Source: Thecamonas trahens ATCC 50062 (Eukaryota > Protista > Apusomonadida). From it: a stretch of 64,000 nt of DNA. Under the pieces are notes generated by a model. The model worked only from the letters and a program-made list of their open reading frames with translations. It had not been told where the DNA came from and searched no databases. The stretch lies in the NCBI RefSeq assembly GCF_000142905.1, contig NW_013657645.1:1-64000 (forward strand), written 5' to 3'. Each line of letters begins with the position of its first letter. Position 1 is the first letter of the stretch. The position numbers and the translations under genes are program-made. Positions 1 through 13,900 of this stretch are shown piece by piece.

Positions 1-1758
1 CTGTCATCGATACCCATCGACCTCGGCTCACTTTCGCGTCGACTTGTTTGCCCTAGGTGGTTGAGCACGCCTCGACCGCCCGACCCCGCACATGCCCCCC
101 ACCAACCTCATTGCAAGATATGCCCAATCTGATTTCACTACTACTCTACTACATACACAAACTACCCCCTTGCACAATCTCCAATTCACAGCTGCAGTAT
201 TCCGGAATCCGAGTTCTGCCGGCTCAGGCTCAAGCTGTTGGCCCTGTGTCCCTTCGATGCTGCTGACCACCCCGCCCCGGGCCCATCTCCGACCCCCACT
301 CCCCACCATCGGCACCCACAACCACCACACCCACGCCACACGTACTCACCACTCTTGCAAACATAGCCACTCACTCCCTGTCTGCCGATACGCACATCAG
401 CCGACGCCAACCCGTCAACAGCATCACTGCCGACCGCCGGCTGCTCGCTGCTGACCGCCGCCCGCCGCCGACCGACCACCGCCGGCACCACCGAGATCAA
501 GCTAGCCATCGACAGGGCATTGGAGACGATGCATACGGATAGCCACATCAATGGCAATGACGACCAGTTGGCCCTCCAACCCACTCTTCCCCTCCCTCTT
601 TCGGCGTTGCCCATCACAGCCCCCGCCGGCCTGCTCATCGCCAGCCGCTGCTGCCGCCGACCACCGAGCCAGACGACGAGACCACCGGGCTGGCCAAGAC
701 AAGGAAGAACAAGAGAGCGCCAGTGCAAGCGTTAGGCAATGCAGTGGTGGGCTAGAGTGCAGTGGTCTGCCTCCTCCTCCAATCGCAAGCCCTCGTCTCC
801 ATCGACGTCCATCTCAATCCAATCCGTCCGCCCTCCTCCCCCTGCCGCCCAAGCCCCTCTACCCTCATCTTTCACACCCCCCACACACACCCATCATTCT
901 CATCGCACCCACCAACATCAATCCTGAAGCTCAATCGCCATACCCATCATCCTTCCGCCCGTCCCGCCTCCCACGCCACGACCCCCCTCGCCCCCCCCTA
1001 TCATACTCATTACGCCCCATCACCACCAAGCACCACCCTCTCCCCCTACTCCACCGCTATCACCATCATCGCAGCCACAACTCTTACCCCTATGCCATGG
1101 CCATGCCCACCACCGCTTCATCGCCGAAGTTTTTGACCTAGGCTCCCCTCGCTACTGCTCACCCCTCCTCCCCGAGCCCATCTCCGACCCCACCCACGAC
1201 CACCCAACCCACACCACACAATCTCGGAAATCTCTACAAGCATAGTCACTCACTTCTTTTTCGCCTATGCCAACCTTGGCCGACGCCGGCAACCAACCAG
1301 TTTTCACGCCCCTTCACCACAAAAAATACAACCTCCGCATCCGATGCACTTCTCTCTCCTCCCTGCCACCGGGCACCCCGAGCCCCACGAGCGGCCGGCA
1401 CTTTACTTGGAGAGCGGAGACCCACCAAGCCAGGCGTTCGATGCCGATGCGCGCCGATGACGACAACGGGCGGTCCTTGGGCTTCCGATGTCAACTTGAT
1501 CTCATGTGAACGCGAGCGTGCCGCTGCAGACAGGGACACACGGGCCACCGTGTCAAACTAATGGCACCACACTGGGTACTAGCGGCAGTAAGTAGATGCG
1601 AGGAAGTCTCAAGCAAGCCATCTAGTCAGCGGAGCGACCGCTCGGCAGTCGATCAAGCGTGTGTGCGTTGGATATTGGCCCCAGGCGAGGACTCCCTGTG
1701 TGGTGCGCCCGCCTTCCACTCCCGTTCCAACTCCATCTCTCTCCCGCTCCTCCCTCCC

Positions 1759-4700
1759 ATGTTCCTCGTCCCCACCCTCCTCGCAATAGCTCTCCTCACC
1801 ACTTCCACTCTTGCGCTACCGCCCCCGCCGCGGACGGTAGACGGCGCGTGTGCGACGCACGTCGGCGCGCGGGTGTTCACGACCACAAACTCTGGGCAGT
1901 ATGGGGCAGCGGCGGTGGACGTGGACGAGGACGGGCTGGTGGACGTGGTGCTGACATTTTTGGGTGGACCCGGGGTCGTTTGGTTCAAGTCGCTCGGCGG
2001 TGGCGCGTTTGGGTCGGAAGTGGCCGTGGCCGGCATGGCGAGCTGTACAAGTGGGCATCCGGGTGTTGGCGACGTGGTTGTTGACGGCCGGTGGGACGTC
2101 GCTGTGCCATGCCGTTCTCTCAACGAGGTCTGGCTCATGGTTAACGACTTGGGGACGACGTTTACGATCGTCTCGCTGACCGGCAACATTGGGACGTACA
2201 ACCCGTTCATGGCGTACCTCGTCGATGTCGACGACGACGGCGATTTGGACTTGTTCGCGGGCAAGCTTGCACACGCAGGCGTGTACTGGTGGGAGAACAA
2301 CGGTGTGTATCCGTTTTCGCAGCGGACGCTCGTCTCGACAGCCTTTGCTAGTGAGATCTCGCTGCTGTTCGGCGACTATAACAACGACACGCTGCTTGAT
2401 GTTGTCATGAAGCGAGACGATGAAATGCTGTACATGCACCTTAACGATGGCGCCGGGTCGTACACGCAGTCGCTGCTCTACACGCTACCCGCGGGCGCCA
2501 AGTTCCGCTTCCCGCCGCCCAACTCGCCGTGGTGGCCCTCGCGCGGTCTCGACTTTGATCACGACGGGTGCCCGGACTTTGTGATCGGCGTCGCGTCGCC
2601 AGGTATCCACTACGGCAACTGCGACGGTACATTCACCTTTGTGGCAGAGAGTGTATTTACTGCTTCCGAGGATCATCTAGCATTTGTCGACATCGACCAC
2701 GACGGCGATATGGATGTCCTCGGCACCGTCTCGTGGTTTGAGAACCTGGCGCCGGGGTCACGTGCGATCAAATTCTCGGCAGCCAACGCGCGCCACACAT
2801 CGTTTGGCACCGGCTCACCGCCGTCGTTCACGTACCTTGTCTTTGGCGAAACGATGAACCCGGGCGCCCGCGCCGTTCTGTTCCGTCCCGACAAGGTGGT
2901 CTCTCGAGTCGTAGCAGTCGCGTCGATCGGCGCAGGCATTTTTGATTGGACATGCATTGCGCCGAGTTGCACGGACGTAGGGTGTGTGACGGACGCCGTG
3001 GCCGCGGCGGTGGTCTCAGGAACGGACGCTGTCGTGGTGCCGCCGCGCACATTCTCGGGTGGCTGTCCATCGACATACGAGCCGCTGACGAGCGCCCAGG
3101 TGCGGCTCGTCTCCAACTCGAGCACGGTGCCGTTCACACTCGACTGCGGCGGCTCGGGCGTGCTGTTCTCGGTTGAGGGCGACGCGCGGCTGGTGATCCA
3201 GGGTATGACGCTTAGCCACGCCGGACATTCCGACTCGCTGGTCGATCCCGGACCAGCACTCCGCGTCGCCGGTGCGATGCTCGCCGTGAGCGGCTCCTCT
3301 TTCAGCGCATGCTCGACGGCCAGCGCGGCGTCGCCTCAGCTCGGTGGCGCCGTGGCTGTCGGTGTCGGCGCCACAGCGGTGTTTGAGGACGTGTTGTTCA
3401 CGGGAAACACCGCGTCGCAGCACGGCGGCGCGGTAGGCGTGCTCGGCGCGAGCGCAACGTGCACCATGGTGAATGTGACGTTTGCGGGCAACTCGGCGGC
3501 CGTCGGGGGTGGTGCGTTGTACGGCGGCCTTTCGGGGAATGGGCTCAACGACCCTGTGCCACCGGCGACGATGATGTGCACCGGGTGTGTCTTCAGCGGG
3601 AACACGGCTCTGTTTGGTGGCGCAGTGGCGGGGTTTCCGGCGATCGCAGGCATTGCGTCGCTTGCGGCGTCGCGCTCACCGGCGCGCGTGTTTCCCATGG
3701 CAAGAGGCGCAAGCCCGCCATACGGATCTCCGAGCGCGCGACTGGCAGCCGCCCCGGTACTACTCGTGGCGTCGACGCTGAGCGGGAACTCGGCCAAGTA
3801 TGGCGGAAGCCTCAGCATGTGCGATCTGACTCTCGGCCTTGCTGACGTGAGTGTGGCGAGTAGCACGGCAAGCCAAGGCGCGTTTGCGTACGTGTGCCTC
3901 ACGTCGTCGAACGAGACGAGCGCGGCGTATTGGAGCCATCCACTGGTTGCCGCCGACGCAAGTGGCGCGCCGTGGCTTGCTGCCGACAGCGCGTCATGGG
4001 CGTCGCTGCAGGCTGCGCTAGCGACGGAGAGCGCACCGTTTTCGACGCCGCCGTACGAATTGGTCGTGCCGAACGCGGCGTCGCTACCGAGCCAGACGAT
4101 GTCTGGCGTCATTTCGTCTTCGTTCGAGCTCGGCCTCCGCGACGCATACGGGACAACCCTCATCGACGAGGACGTGACGTTAACAATTGCCACGAGCGCA
4201 GTGGCAAGCGACGTCCGGCTCGACGTCTCGCTGTCGAGCGTAAGTCTGAGCGCGTCCGTGGTCGCCATTCCGGGCCTGATTCTGGAGGACCAGTCTGCGC
4301 CAAACGCGACGGCAGAGAACGCAGTCGGCGGCGCGCTCGGGTCAGTGGTCGGGCTCACCGCCGGCGTCGTCGTCGAGCCCGCGGCTACCCAGGCGATCGA
4401 CAGCCTGGCGAGCGCGCCGCTGCTGCGGTTCGAGCACGCGGTGATGCTTGTGGGATGCCTCCCCGGATTTGGAAGGGTGAGCATCCTTCCGCTACGGTGC
4501 TCGCCGTGCCTGCCCGGCTCGGCGTCGCCGGACGAGTCAACCGCGACGTGCCAGGGCCGACATCGTGCCGTGCACCCGGCCCGGAGCGTGCGCCGGCGAC
4601 AACGTGTGCACCCCCGGATACGAGGGCGTCCTCTGCGCCGCGTGTTCGCCCGGGTACTACACCGCATCGGACACGTCGTGCCGGGCGTGCCCGCCCCACT

Positions 4701-6079
4701 CGGCACTGCTCTTTGGTGTCTTTGTGATCGCTTGTCTCGCTGTCGTCTTTGTCGCCGTCATTTTCGCCGTCCGCTCGCTGGCGCCGCGGGCGCGGGCGTC
4801 CGTGCGCCCCAAGCCGGCCTCGTCGGACGATGGCCTCGTGCTCGTCACACGCGTAGAGAGTCTCTCGGCCTCGTCGGGCTCGTCGCCGATGGCACCGACG
4901 ACGTCGTCGGTTGTACTCTCTGGCTCATCGTCGGCCTCATTGTCCTCGCTCGTCTCGTCGTGCACCATGTCTCGACCGGGTGGTCGGGCGACCTCGCGGC
5001 TTGCCGCGCAGCGGCGGTTGTCGGAACAAGAGGAGGAAGCGATCGGGTCGTCATCAGACGATGGCGCGAGTCTGGCGAGCGAAGTAGAGCGCGAGACGGG
5101 GCTCAAAAACGGTGCGCCGCACGCGCTCTCGGTCGGTGTCACCTTTCTGCAGGTGCTGGCGCTCATCGGCCAGACCGAGCTCTCGTGGCCGGCGTCCGTG
5201 AAGCAAACATACGAGGTGATCGGCTCACTTGTGGCGGTCAACCTCAACCTCGTGGCCGGCGAGTGTGCGCTGACATCGTTCTATATCAAGTATCTCTTTG
5301 CGCTCTCACTCCCGCTCCTATTTGTCATCACATCGCTCCTGGCCATTCTCCTTGTCAAGGCGCTCATCGCGCTGCGCGTGCAAGCCGGCTCGCCGCTGCG
5401 GATGGTCACGGTGGGTCTCATTCTTGAGCGCGTCCTTCTTGTGGTCTTTCCGCTGATTTACCTCCCTGTGGCTCTCACCTCGCTGCAGCTCTTTGACTGC
5501 ACGGCGTCGGTGGACGGTAAGTACTACCTCGACGTCGACCCGTCCATCGCGTGCTTTGACAGCGCATGGTGGCTGGCGCTCCCGTGCTCGCTTGCGTCGT
5601 GTGCGCTTTTTGTGGTCGGCTTCCCGACGTACACGCTGCTGGCGGTGTACACGCGGCGGCGGCGACTTCGCGAGGCGCACGTCGTCGTCCGCTTTGGCCT
5701 CCTCTACTACCTGTTTCGCGATGCGCTGCCGTTTTTCTTCACCATCCAGCTCCTCTTCCGGCTTGCCGTGGTGGCGGTCATCCTCTTTTTCTCCTCGATT
5801 CAGGTCTGGCTCCTCACAGGGTGCATCGCGCTCTTTGGCGGCTACTGCGGCGTCCTCCTCCGGCACACACCGTTCCGGGCACCACTGTACAACCGCCTCG
5901 AGCTGCGGCTCAATCTCTCATCGGCGGCCATCATCATCGCAGGCATGGCGTTCTGGGCCGACGACTGGCCCAACGACACATCGCACACTGTGTTCACTCT
6001 CCTCACCCTTGCCGTCATCGCCTTTGCCCTCTCCCAGCTCATCTGGGTCGGCGGCCGCGAGGTCCTCCGCATGCCCTAG
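1759..6079 (+). CDS. Cell-surface multi-pass protein: signal peptide, FG-GAP/VCBS repeats, GGA(V/L) beta-helix repeats, Cys-rich region and a C-terminal multi-TM domain; split by a frame break near 4555
   Basis: Signal peptide MFLVPTLLAIALL at ATG 1759. DxDxDGxxD repeats (DVDEDGLVD, DVDDDGDLD, DFDHDGCPD, DIDHDGDMD). FxGNxA..GGA repeats. CxPGYEGVLCAACSPGYY and several hydrophobic helices lie in the overlapping ORF 4565-6079. Confidence 0.75.
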
Positions 6080-6289
6080 CCGCGCGTTGTTGGCATGCGT
6101 CGATAACTCATTGGGCGACCCAGCAAGGCCCTGCTTGCGGCCGCATGCTCGCCGATGTTGGCCCGCTGGCGATCTGTAGGGAAGCACCCACTCGCCATCA
6201 CAGTAACAAGCAGCACTCCAGCCGCCAACAACTACTCTTCTTCGCAAAAGGTTACACTCTCCTCAAGCCATCCCAGACGCGCCACCGGC

Positions 6290-7666
6290 TCACTGGTCGA
6301 AGACATTGTTGTACGTGGCCGAGTCAACAACGCTCTCGGTCCTGGCCGCATACGTGACCGAGCCTACAGACGCAAAGAGGTCCAGATCCGGCGCATGCGA
6401 TAGGTTCTTGAGCGACGAGCCGGCAACGGCGACAAAGGCAATCGAGAGTAGTCCGACCAGCGCCATGCATCCAGCCGAGAAAATAATGACTGTCATGACC
6501 GCCACGCCGTACGTGGTGAACGCCGACGGCACAAAGAGGAGCGCCGAGCCGACCACACCGAGGAACGACCAGAAGATCCCGATAAACTCGTGCGGGACCG
6601 TGGCGAGCCCAAGGTTCTGGCAGTAGAGATATATGGCAAACGAAGCAAACGAGAGGACAGCAAGGGCAAACGACGACTCGAGCGAGGTTAGCTCGGCCGA
6701 GAGGCTAAACGTTGCACCGCCAAGTAAGGCCGCGAGTACAGGGAGCGCAAACGAAAAGAAGACGTGCGCCTTCATCGGCGCGAGAATCACAGTGTAGAGC
6801 GCGGAGCCAACGAGGTAAACCACGTTGAGAATCGCTGCCTGGAGAAAGAGATTGGAGATGACTCCGCCGCAGTAGTTCTCGCGCGTCTTGATCGTCGTCG
6901 ACGACGAGTGCTTCTCAGACTCGGACAGCGTGAGCGTCACGTAAATTACGTACTGGTACAGGAACGCCACCAAATAGATGCTCGAGGAAAAGACAAGGAT
7001 TGGCGACCCGAAGAGTACCTTGACTCCGTCGATGAGATACCGAAGACCCGAGACCGGCTCGACGCTGGCTGCCGACGAGAGCGACTGGTACGAGAGCAGC
7101 GGCTGCGTCGCCAGCGGCCCGTTGACTGCCGACGCCGATGTGTCAACCACCGACGGTGCAATGAATTGGTAGTCGATTGTGCTCGAAAGCGCGAGAGTCG
7201 TCACCGTGAACGCCAGCGAGACGCCAAAGACGAGCCACTGCACGGCCCAAACGCCACGCCGCCGCGTGTGGCAAGCATGTACGCTGCAAACGTCGCCACC
7301 GCAATAAACGCCGTCGCCAGCCCCTCGCCAATGGCCTCGAGCTTGTTGATCACCACATGCTGCTCGTCAGGCATGCCGGGCATCTTCTGATCGAGATGGA
7401 GCTTGAGAACCTTGAGCACGCACGTCTGCGCCTGGATGTTGAGCGTGCCCAGAACCATCTGGATGCCGATGACCACCCACGCATTCTCCCAATGACCGAG
7501 AAACAGCGTCAGCTGCAGCCCAAGCTGACCAACCACACACGCCTGAAGGCACCGATGCACATAATACCCAAACGCGTCGGTCACAGGCCCAGTCAGCAGC
7601 TTACGCACCATCAGCGCCCCGGCCCGGATCCCATAGTACATCCCAAACACCTTTTCAAAGTCACAC
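6290..7666 (-). CDS. Multi-pass membrane protein, probably an MFS-like transporter; 5' exon missing (at or near the gap); frame break near 7247
   Basis: Two overlapping hydrophobic ORFs (7201-7728 and 6290-7243) join if one base is added at TTTGGGCC. About 10-12 TM segments. Probable acceptor TGCAG near 7667. Confidence 0.55.
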
Positions 7667-7887
7667 TGCACCCCATCGCCCACACCCATGTCCACATCAG
7701 CACCAACCCCAATTCCACCATTTCCCATAAGTCACCCCCCCCTCCCCCCCCCCGCCCCCCCCCGCGCGCTCCCTGCTCCCCANNNNNNNNNNNNNNNNNN
7801 NNNNNNNNNNNNNNNNNNNNNNNNNNNNNNNNNNNNNNNNNNNNNNNNNNNNNNNNNNNNNNNNNNNNNNNNNNNNNNNNNNCCTCC

Positions 7888-7940
7888 CCACCACCACCAC
7901 CACCACCACCACCACCACCACCACCACCACCACCACCACC
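7888..7940. repeat. (CAC)n microsatellite next to an assembly gap, just upstream of the dynein ATG
   Basis: Uninterrupted run of cac triplets. Confidence 0.9.
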
Positions 7941-7948
7941 GCACAGCT

Positions 7949-10900
7949 ATGACAGACCCAGCGGCACCACGCCTTCGCAAGGTCTTCAAGCCTCTTGACC
8001 AATACTCGCGGGTCAAGCTCTCGGCTGTCCGGCTCCACCGTCATGAACGGCTCCTCACTCAGGGCCCGGACGCGCCGCTACCTCCACCACTACCAGAACT
8101 CGCACCACAGGCAGAAGCAGAGGGCGGAACTGAGAGTCATCGGTCTTCACGACTTGCTCCTTCTCTTCGTCCGCATCCGCCTTCGCCTCGGCCGCGGCAG
8201 CACACTCGCCCGCGGAAGACTGACCTTGGCCTCGCACCCAAGCCGTTTCCCAACAATCGCGGTCTGCAGCAGCCGCATCCTCCGCCTGCACCGGCCCCGG
8301 CACCGGCGCCGTCTTCTGATCCGAGGTACAATGCCTTGCTTGAGCCACTAGCTTCTCACACGCTCCCGCATGTTCCGCGAGATGCCGCCTTTAACTCGGT
8401 CCCTCTCCCGATGGGCGTGCCCCCGCCGCTGCGGCTCTCGGCTGCCCGCGCTCGGGCCCGCGCTGGCCGCACCACCATTGCACCACTGCTCAACGCGCCG
8501 GTATCGGTCGGTACCTCTCGTGGCTCACGGGCCACCTCGCGCTCGCTCGGCTCCCGCGCCATTCTCACCCCGATCGACCCGCCGCCGACCGCCTCGGCCG
8601 CCCTCGACGACTTTCCCACCTTTCTCCCGCTCGACTCGTTCGATGCCATCGATGCTGCCTCACGCCCGCCGTCGGAGCGGACTGCCCGTGCCGAGCGGCC
8701 GGACGTTCCGCCGGCGTCGTTTGAAAACTACTCCAACGTGGCTGCCGTCTCCAAGTTCTTCCGCCACGACGGCTCGTTCGAATGGATGCCGGTCCGCGTT
8801 CTTGGCTTTGACCCCGACAAGAATCTGTACCTCGTCGAGTTTGTCCACACCAACTCGTCCAAGTATGTCTCGCGCTTCAACCTCGTCTTTGACGGCGAAG
8901 ACACCGGGCTCCTCGATGATCGTCGCCGCGAGGCCCTCGCTCTCCGCGACGAGCAGGAACACTGGCTTCGCCTGCTGTACTACGTCAACGACATGCCGTC
9001 GCCGCCATCGCTCTCGATGCCGCGCACCCAGCTCGAGAGAATCCTCACCCTCGCTGCCGTGCCGCCCTCCCACCCGTCGTTCGCCGACCTCGTCCTTGAC
9101 ATGCAGGCCAACCACGCTCGCGGCCAGAAGCTCGCTGCCGTCAAGTCACGTTTTGGTGCCGACCCGGAGCTTGCAGCCCAGTACTCGGCGCTCAACTTTG
9201 CGCTCCTCGACACTCGTCGGCCTGTCCCGCACCACGCCATGGTCCAGCTCCCGCTCGGCTCACCAGGCACCCGCTCGCTTGTCCGTCATTTTGACGCTTT
9301 CCTCGTCCGTGCGCTGAGCCCGGCCGTCGCAGCGCTCAACGCTATCCGGGCAGAGTGTCTCGCGGTCGAAGAGCTTGTACTGTTCAACACGAACGTTGCC
9401 TCGTCGCCGTCGGTCGCCGCCTCGGGCCTCGCCCCGGGCGCCGTCCTCGAACTCGCCGCCTTTCGGACCGAGCAGCGCGCCGTCTCGGTCTCCACCATCA
9501 AGCATTTGCGCGCCACCTGGCGTGAGCGAGTCAAGCACCAGTTTGAGCTCAACTTGCCGGTCATCATCCAGACCGCCGCCCTCGACACCTCGCTGGCTGG
9601 CCGGCCTGCCGTCCGCATGCGTGACATCCTCCTCCGCATCACCGCCCTTCTCATGGAGTCTGCCGTCCGCGGTCTTATCACCTCGGCCATTTCCTCACTC
9701 GACGCCTTTTTCGCGCCCTACGCGGACGTGCCCGACTTTGAGCCTGCCGCGTTGCCCAATGCCGCCACCTCGGATGACCTCGACTGGTCTGCCCTCCTCC
9801 ACGGTGCTCCGCCGTTTGCGCCGGACCTCGACTCACTGCCAAGCTCAACGCCGCTTCTCCGCATTGCCCGCTGCCTCCCGGAACCGCTGTTTGTCACCAC
9901 CCTTGTCCTCACTGGCTTCCACGCTCATCCGTCCAAAGCCAACGAGTCTGACCCGCTTTGGGACGCCCAACACGACCTCATCTACCGTGATTCATACCTC
10001 GCCACCGTCGCAGCTGCCGGCGAGTCTTCTCTCTCCATGGCGCTCTCATCGTCGACCATCGCTGCCGACCTGTTCCTAGTTGGCGAGCAGGATTTGGATC
10101 ACGGCTCGATTGAGGACCTGCACATCGCCGTGCCTGAGCAGCTCGCCGAGATCGAGTCTACCACCCCGGCTGACGAGCTTGCCGCCCGCGCCGCCCGCGC
10201 CCGCGCCGCACACAAGGACTCACTTGTCCGCGACACCGTCGGCCTCGCTCTCGACCCGCCGCTCTCGGCCTTTGAGACCATGCTCACCTCAGTCATGGAC
10301 GACATTCTTGCTGCCGCCGACAAGGTGCCGCTCATCGACTCGGAAGTGACCGGCAACCCGGCCCTGTTCTCAAAGTACCTGGCCTCGGTTGATCCGACCT
10401 CGCCGGACATTGCTCCGGTCCTCACCGGCGTCATGGCGAATCTCCGCGCCAACTTTGCACTTCCGCGCGAGCTCCTTGCTCGCCTCACACCGTACACCGC
10501 GTACATCCGCCTTTACACCCAGCGCGCTGCCTTTGAAGCTGCCATCATCGACATGGCTCCGTCACTCGACCAGTACGCTGCACTAGTTCGGGCCCAACGT
10601 GACCGCGCCGCCGCCGTTCGCGCAGACCTTCCTGACCTCCTTGCCTTTGGCCTCTTCGAGATCAACCTCAAGCCGGCAAAGACCGTGCTGGCCGCCATGG
10701 CCGAGTCGCTCGCCCGCCTTGTTCTGCGCCTCCTGCACGCTGAGGCCCGCGACGACGCCTCTCTCGTCCGCGCCTCGTTCAAGGACCTCAACGCCAAGCT
10801 CCACGCCCCGACCGAGACGCCCGAGGACTGGAAAGCTATGAAACATGTCATGGCCAACCTCGATGACACCGTCGCCGGCCACGTCTCCCGCATCCGTGCC

Positions 10901-13900
10901 ATGCTCGCCAAATACGACACCCTCGAGTCGTTTGGCTTCCGTATCGACGACTCGGAGGCGTACCTCAAGTGGGATGCCGTCCGCTGGCCGCGCCGCATCT
11001 CGGAACAAGTCATCCACACTCAGAACGCGCTTGCAGACGCCGAGCGCATCTTTCAGCAGGAGCTCGCCGACAAGCAAAAGGCCTTTGCCCTGCAAGCCAT
11101 CAAGCTCGAAGACTCGCTCCGCGAGGCTGAGGGCTACGGCGACCTTGACCGTGCCCCGCTCTATCTCTCGGCGCTCCGCACTCTCAAGCGCAACGTCGAC
11201 GACGCCGTCGACATTGCCGCTACCTTTAATGACCACGAGTCTATTTTCGGCCACTCGCTGACCTCGTACGCCCATCTTGTCGAACTGGCCGCCGCCGTTG
11301 CGCCCTTCCTCCGCCTCTGGGACATCGCTGCTACCTGGGACGACACCCGCGCTGCCTGGCTCGAGGACGAGTTTGTTTCACTCTCGGCAGATGCTATGCA
11401 GAACCAGCTCGATGCCTGGCTTGACGACCTTACCTCACTCGGGGAGGCCTTTATCCGCCTCGCTGTCCCACGCGCCGCCGTTCGCACCCTCCGTGCCCAG
11501 ATCACCGCCTTTGCTGCCCACATGCCTGTCATCTCGGCCCTCCTGGCCATTGCCCACCTTGCGCCGCAGCTGCGCAACAAGCACTGGGCCGCCGTGACCA
11601 GGGCCACCGGCCAGGACTTTGTTCTCAAGCAGGACACTGATCTCGCCTACATTCTCGCCAACTACTCGTTTGCGCACTGCATGCCCGAGCTCGAGGCCGT
11701 CGCCCGCGCTGCTCGTGCCGAGCGTCGCATCGACGACACGCTTCGCGCACTCTGGCAGGAGCGGTACAACTTTAAGTTTGACGTTCTTCCCCATCGCGAG
11801 ACTCACTCGTACGTGCTGGATCCGGTCGCCGTCGAAGACATTGCCCAGCGCAACGAGGAGCACATTCTCAAGGTCGAGGCCCTCCGCTCCTCGCCACACA
11901 TTGCCGAGTTCTCCAAGCGGCTTGCTGAGCTCAAGGCCGAGTTTGACAAGTTCTCCCGCCTCCTCGACGGCTGGCTCACCCTTCAGCGTCACTGGACTTA
12001 CCTCCAGCCGGTCTTTGCATCCGACATCTCGCACCAACTCCGCGACGAGGCTCGCGAGTTTGAGCGCGTCGACAAGTTCTGGCGCCGCGTCATGGACGCA
12101 ATCCACGACTCGTCGTCGTACTCGTCCATCTCCACCCGCAACTACCACGAGTCGTTCGAGAAGATGAACACCACCATGGAGCGGGTCAAGGCCTCGCTCA
12201 CTGGCTACCTCAACGTCAAGCGCTCCACCTTTCCGCGCTTCTTCTTCCTCTGCGACGGTGAGCTCCTCGAGCTGCTTGCGCTCTCGGCTCCATCCGCGCT
12301 CATTCCCTCGCTTCCAAAGCTCTTTTCTGGTCTCCACCACTTTGCCACCTCGCCGATCTCGCCGAGTATCACTCACATGGCATCGTCATCTTCAGCCCCG
12401 CTCATCGAGCTCCATGCCCCGGTCCCACTCGTCAACGCCCAGCTCGAGGCCTGGCTCGCCGCCCTCACCCGCGGCATGGTCTCCACCCTCTCTCACATCG
12501 CCGTCTCCGCCCTCGCCTCCTACCCGGGTCCCGACAACGCCGCCGCACTCCTTGCATGGGCCGCACCGCTCCCACCCCAGCTGGTCATCCTGGTGGAGCG
12601 CATCGCCTTTGCCACTACTGTCGAAGCCGTCGCTGAGCCGCTGCTCCCGCTCTCTGCTGCTCGCGAGTCTGCGCTCATCGACGTCATTGCCAATGCGCTT
12701 CGGGCGCCGCCCTCGTCCGGATCCGCCGATGCTTTGCAGCCGCCGCGCTCCACCCTCGAGGTCATGCTTCTCCTGCACACCTACTTTCGTGCCGTGTACT
12801 GCGAGCTCCTTGTGCCGGCCAACCCACTCTCGCCGGCCAAGCCAGCCACGCCCTGCACCCCGCGGACGCCATCGTCACAGCCGGCCTCGCCACCGCTCTC
12901 GGCTTCCAGCTCCTCGTCCAATCTTGCTGCTCTCTCCGCCTCGCAGCAAGTAGGGTCGGCCGCAAGCTTCCTCGCCACTGCAGAGCCGGACGTCCGCGCC
13001 GCCTATGCCGGTCACCTCCGGTTCTATGCCGACACCACCGACACCACCGGCCGTCTCGCCGTTTCTGCCCGCCAGTACGATGCCGAGCTAAGTTACGACT
13101 TTGAGCTTGTTCCGCCGCATGCCCCGCTCGCCATCACCCCGCCCGAACGCGGTGCGGTTGCGGCGGCCACCTCGGCACTGGTCGCATCGCGCCTCGTCGC
13201 CATCACCGGCGAGCACTCGACCGGCAAGACCCGGACCGCCCTCGCCCTCGCCCCGAATCTTGGTCGCTACCACGTCGTCTACTCGGGCTCGCCCTGCATG
13301 CACTACGTCACACTCACCAATTTGTTCAAGGGCGCCGCCGCCGCCGGCGCGCTCCTCGTCATCAACGATGTCGACCGCCTCACCACAGGCATGATGGCGG
13401 TGGCAGCCCAGCTGCTCGGTCGCCTCCTCCGTGCCCGCGCTGCTGGTAAGGCCGCCATTGCCTTTGAAGGCTCTGATGCGCTTCCGCTTGCTCCCTCCAT
13501 GGGTGTGGTCCTCACCGCTGCGCTGCTCTCCTTCTCGCCACCGTTCCATTCGACCGTCGTTCACAAACCTCGCCTGCCGGGTGCAGCGCCGGGCGATCGC
13601 CAGTGGTCTTCGCTCTCGGCCTCGCCGCTGGAGTCTCTGGTCGCCTTTGAGTCGGCTCAATCGTTTGCCTCGTCACCAATGCTGGCTGCTGACGCCGCAA
13701 ACGCCGCCGAAGCCGGTGATGCCGCCGCGGCCGTCCCAGCGCCGCCGGCTGTGGCTCCGGGCATCTCCTCGCTCAACGTTGCGCTGTACTCAGCCTCGCA
13801 TCTCTCGCCGTTGCCGCCGGCGCTCAAGGCAGCCTCGCGGACCATCGCCCTAGCTGCTCCGTCGCTCCACGCTATTGCTTCCGCGAATCTCGCATGTGCC

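Noticed and set aside
1-1700. Short Pro/His-rich ORFs
   Set aside because: Low-complexity C-rich sequence with no coherent gene model.
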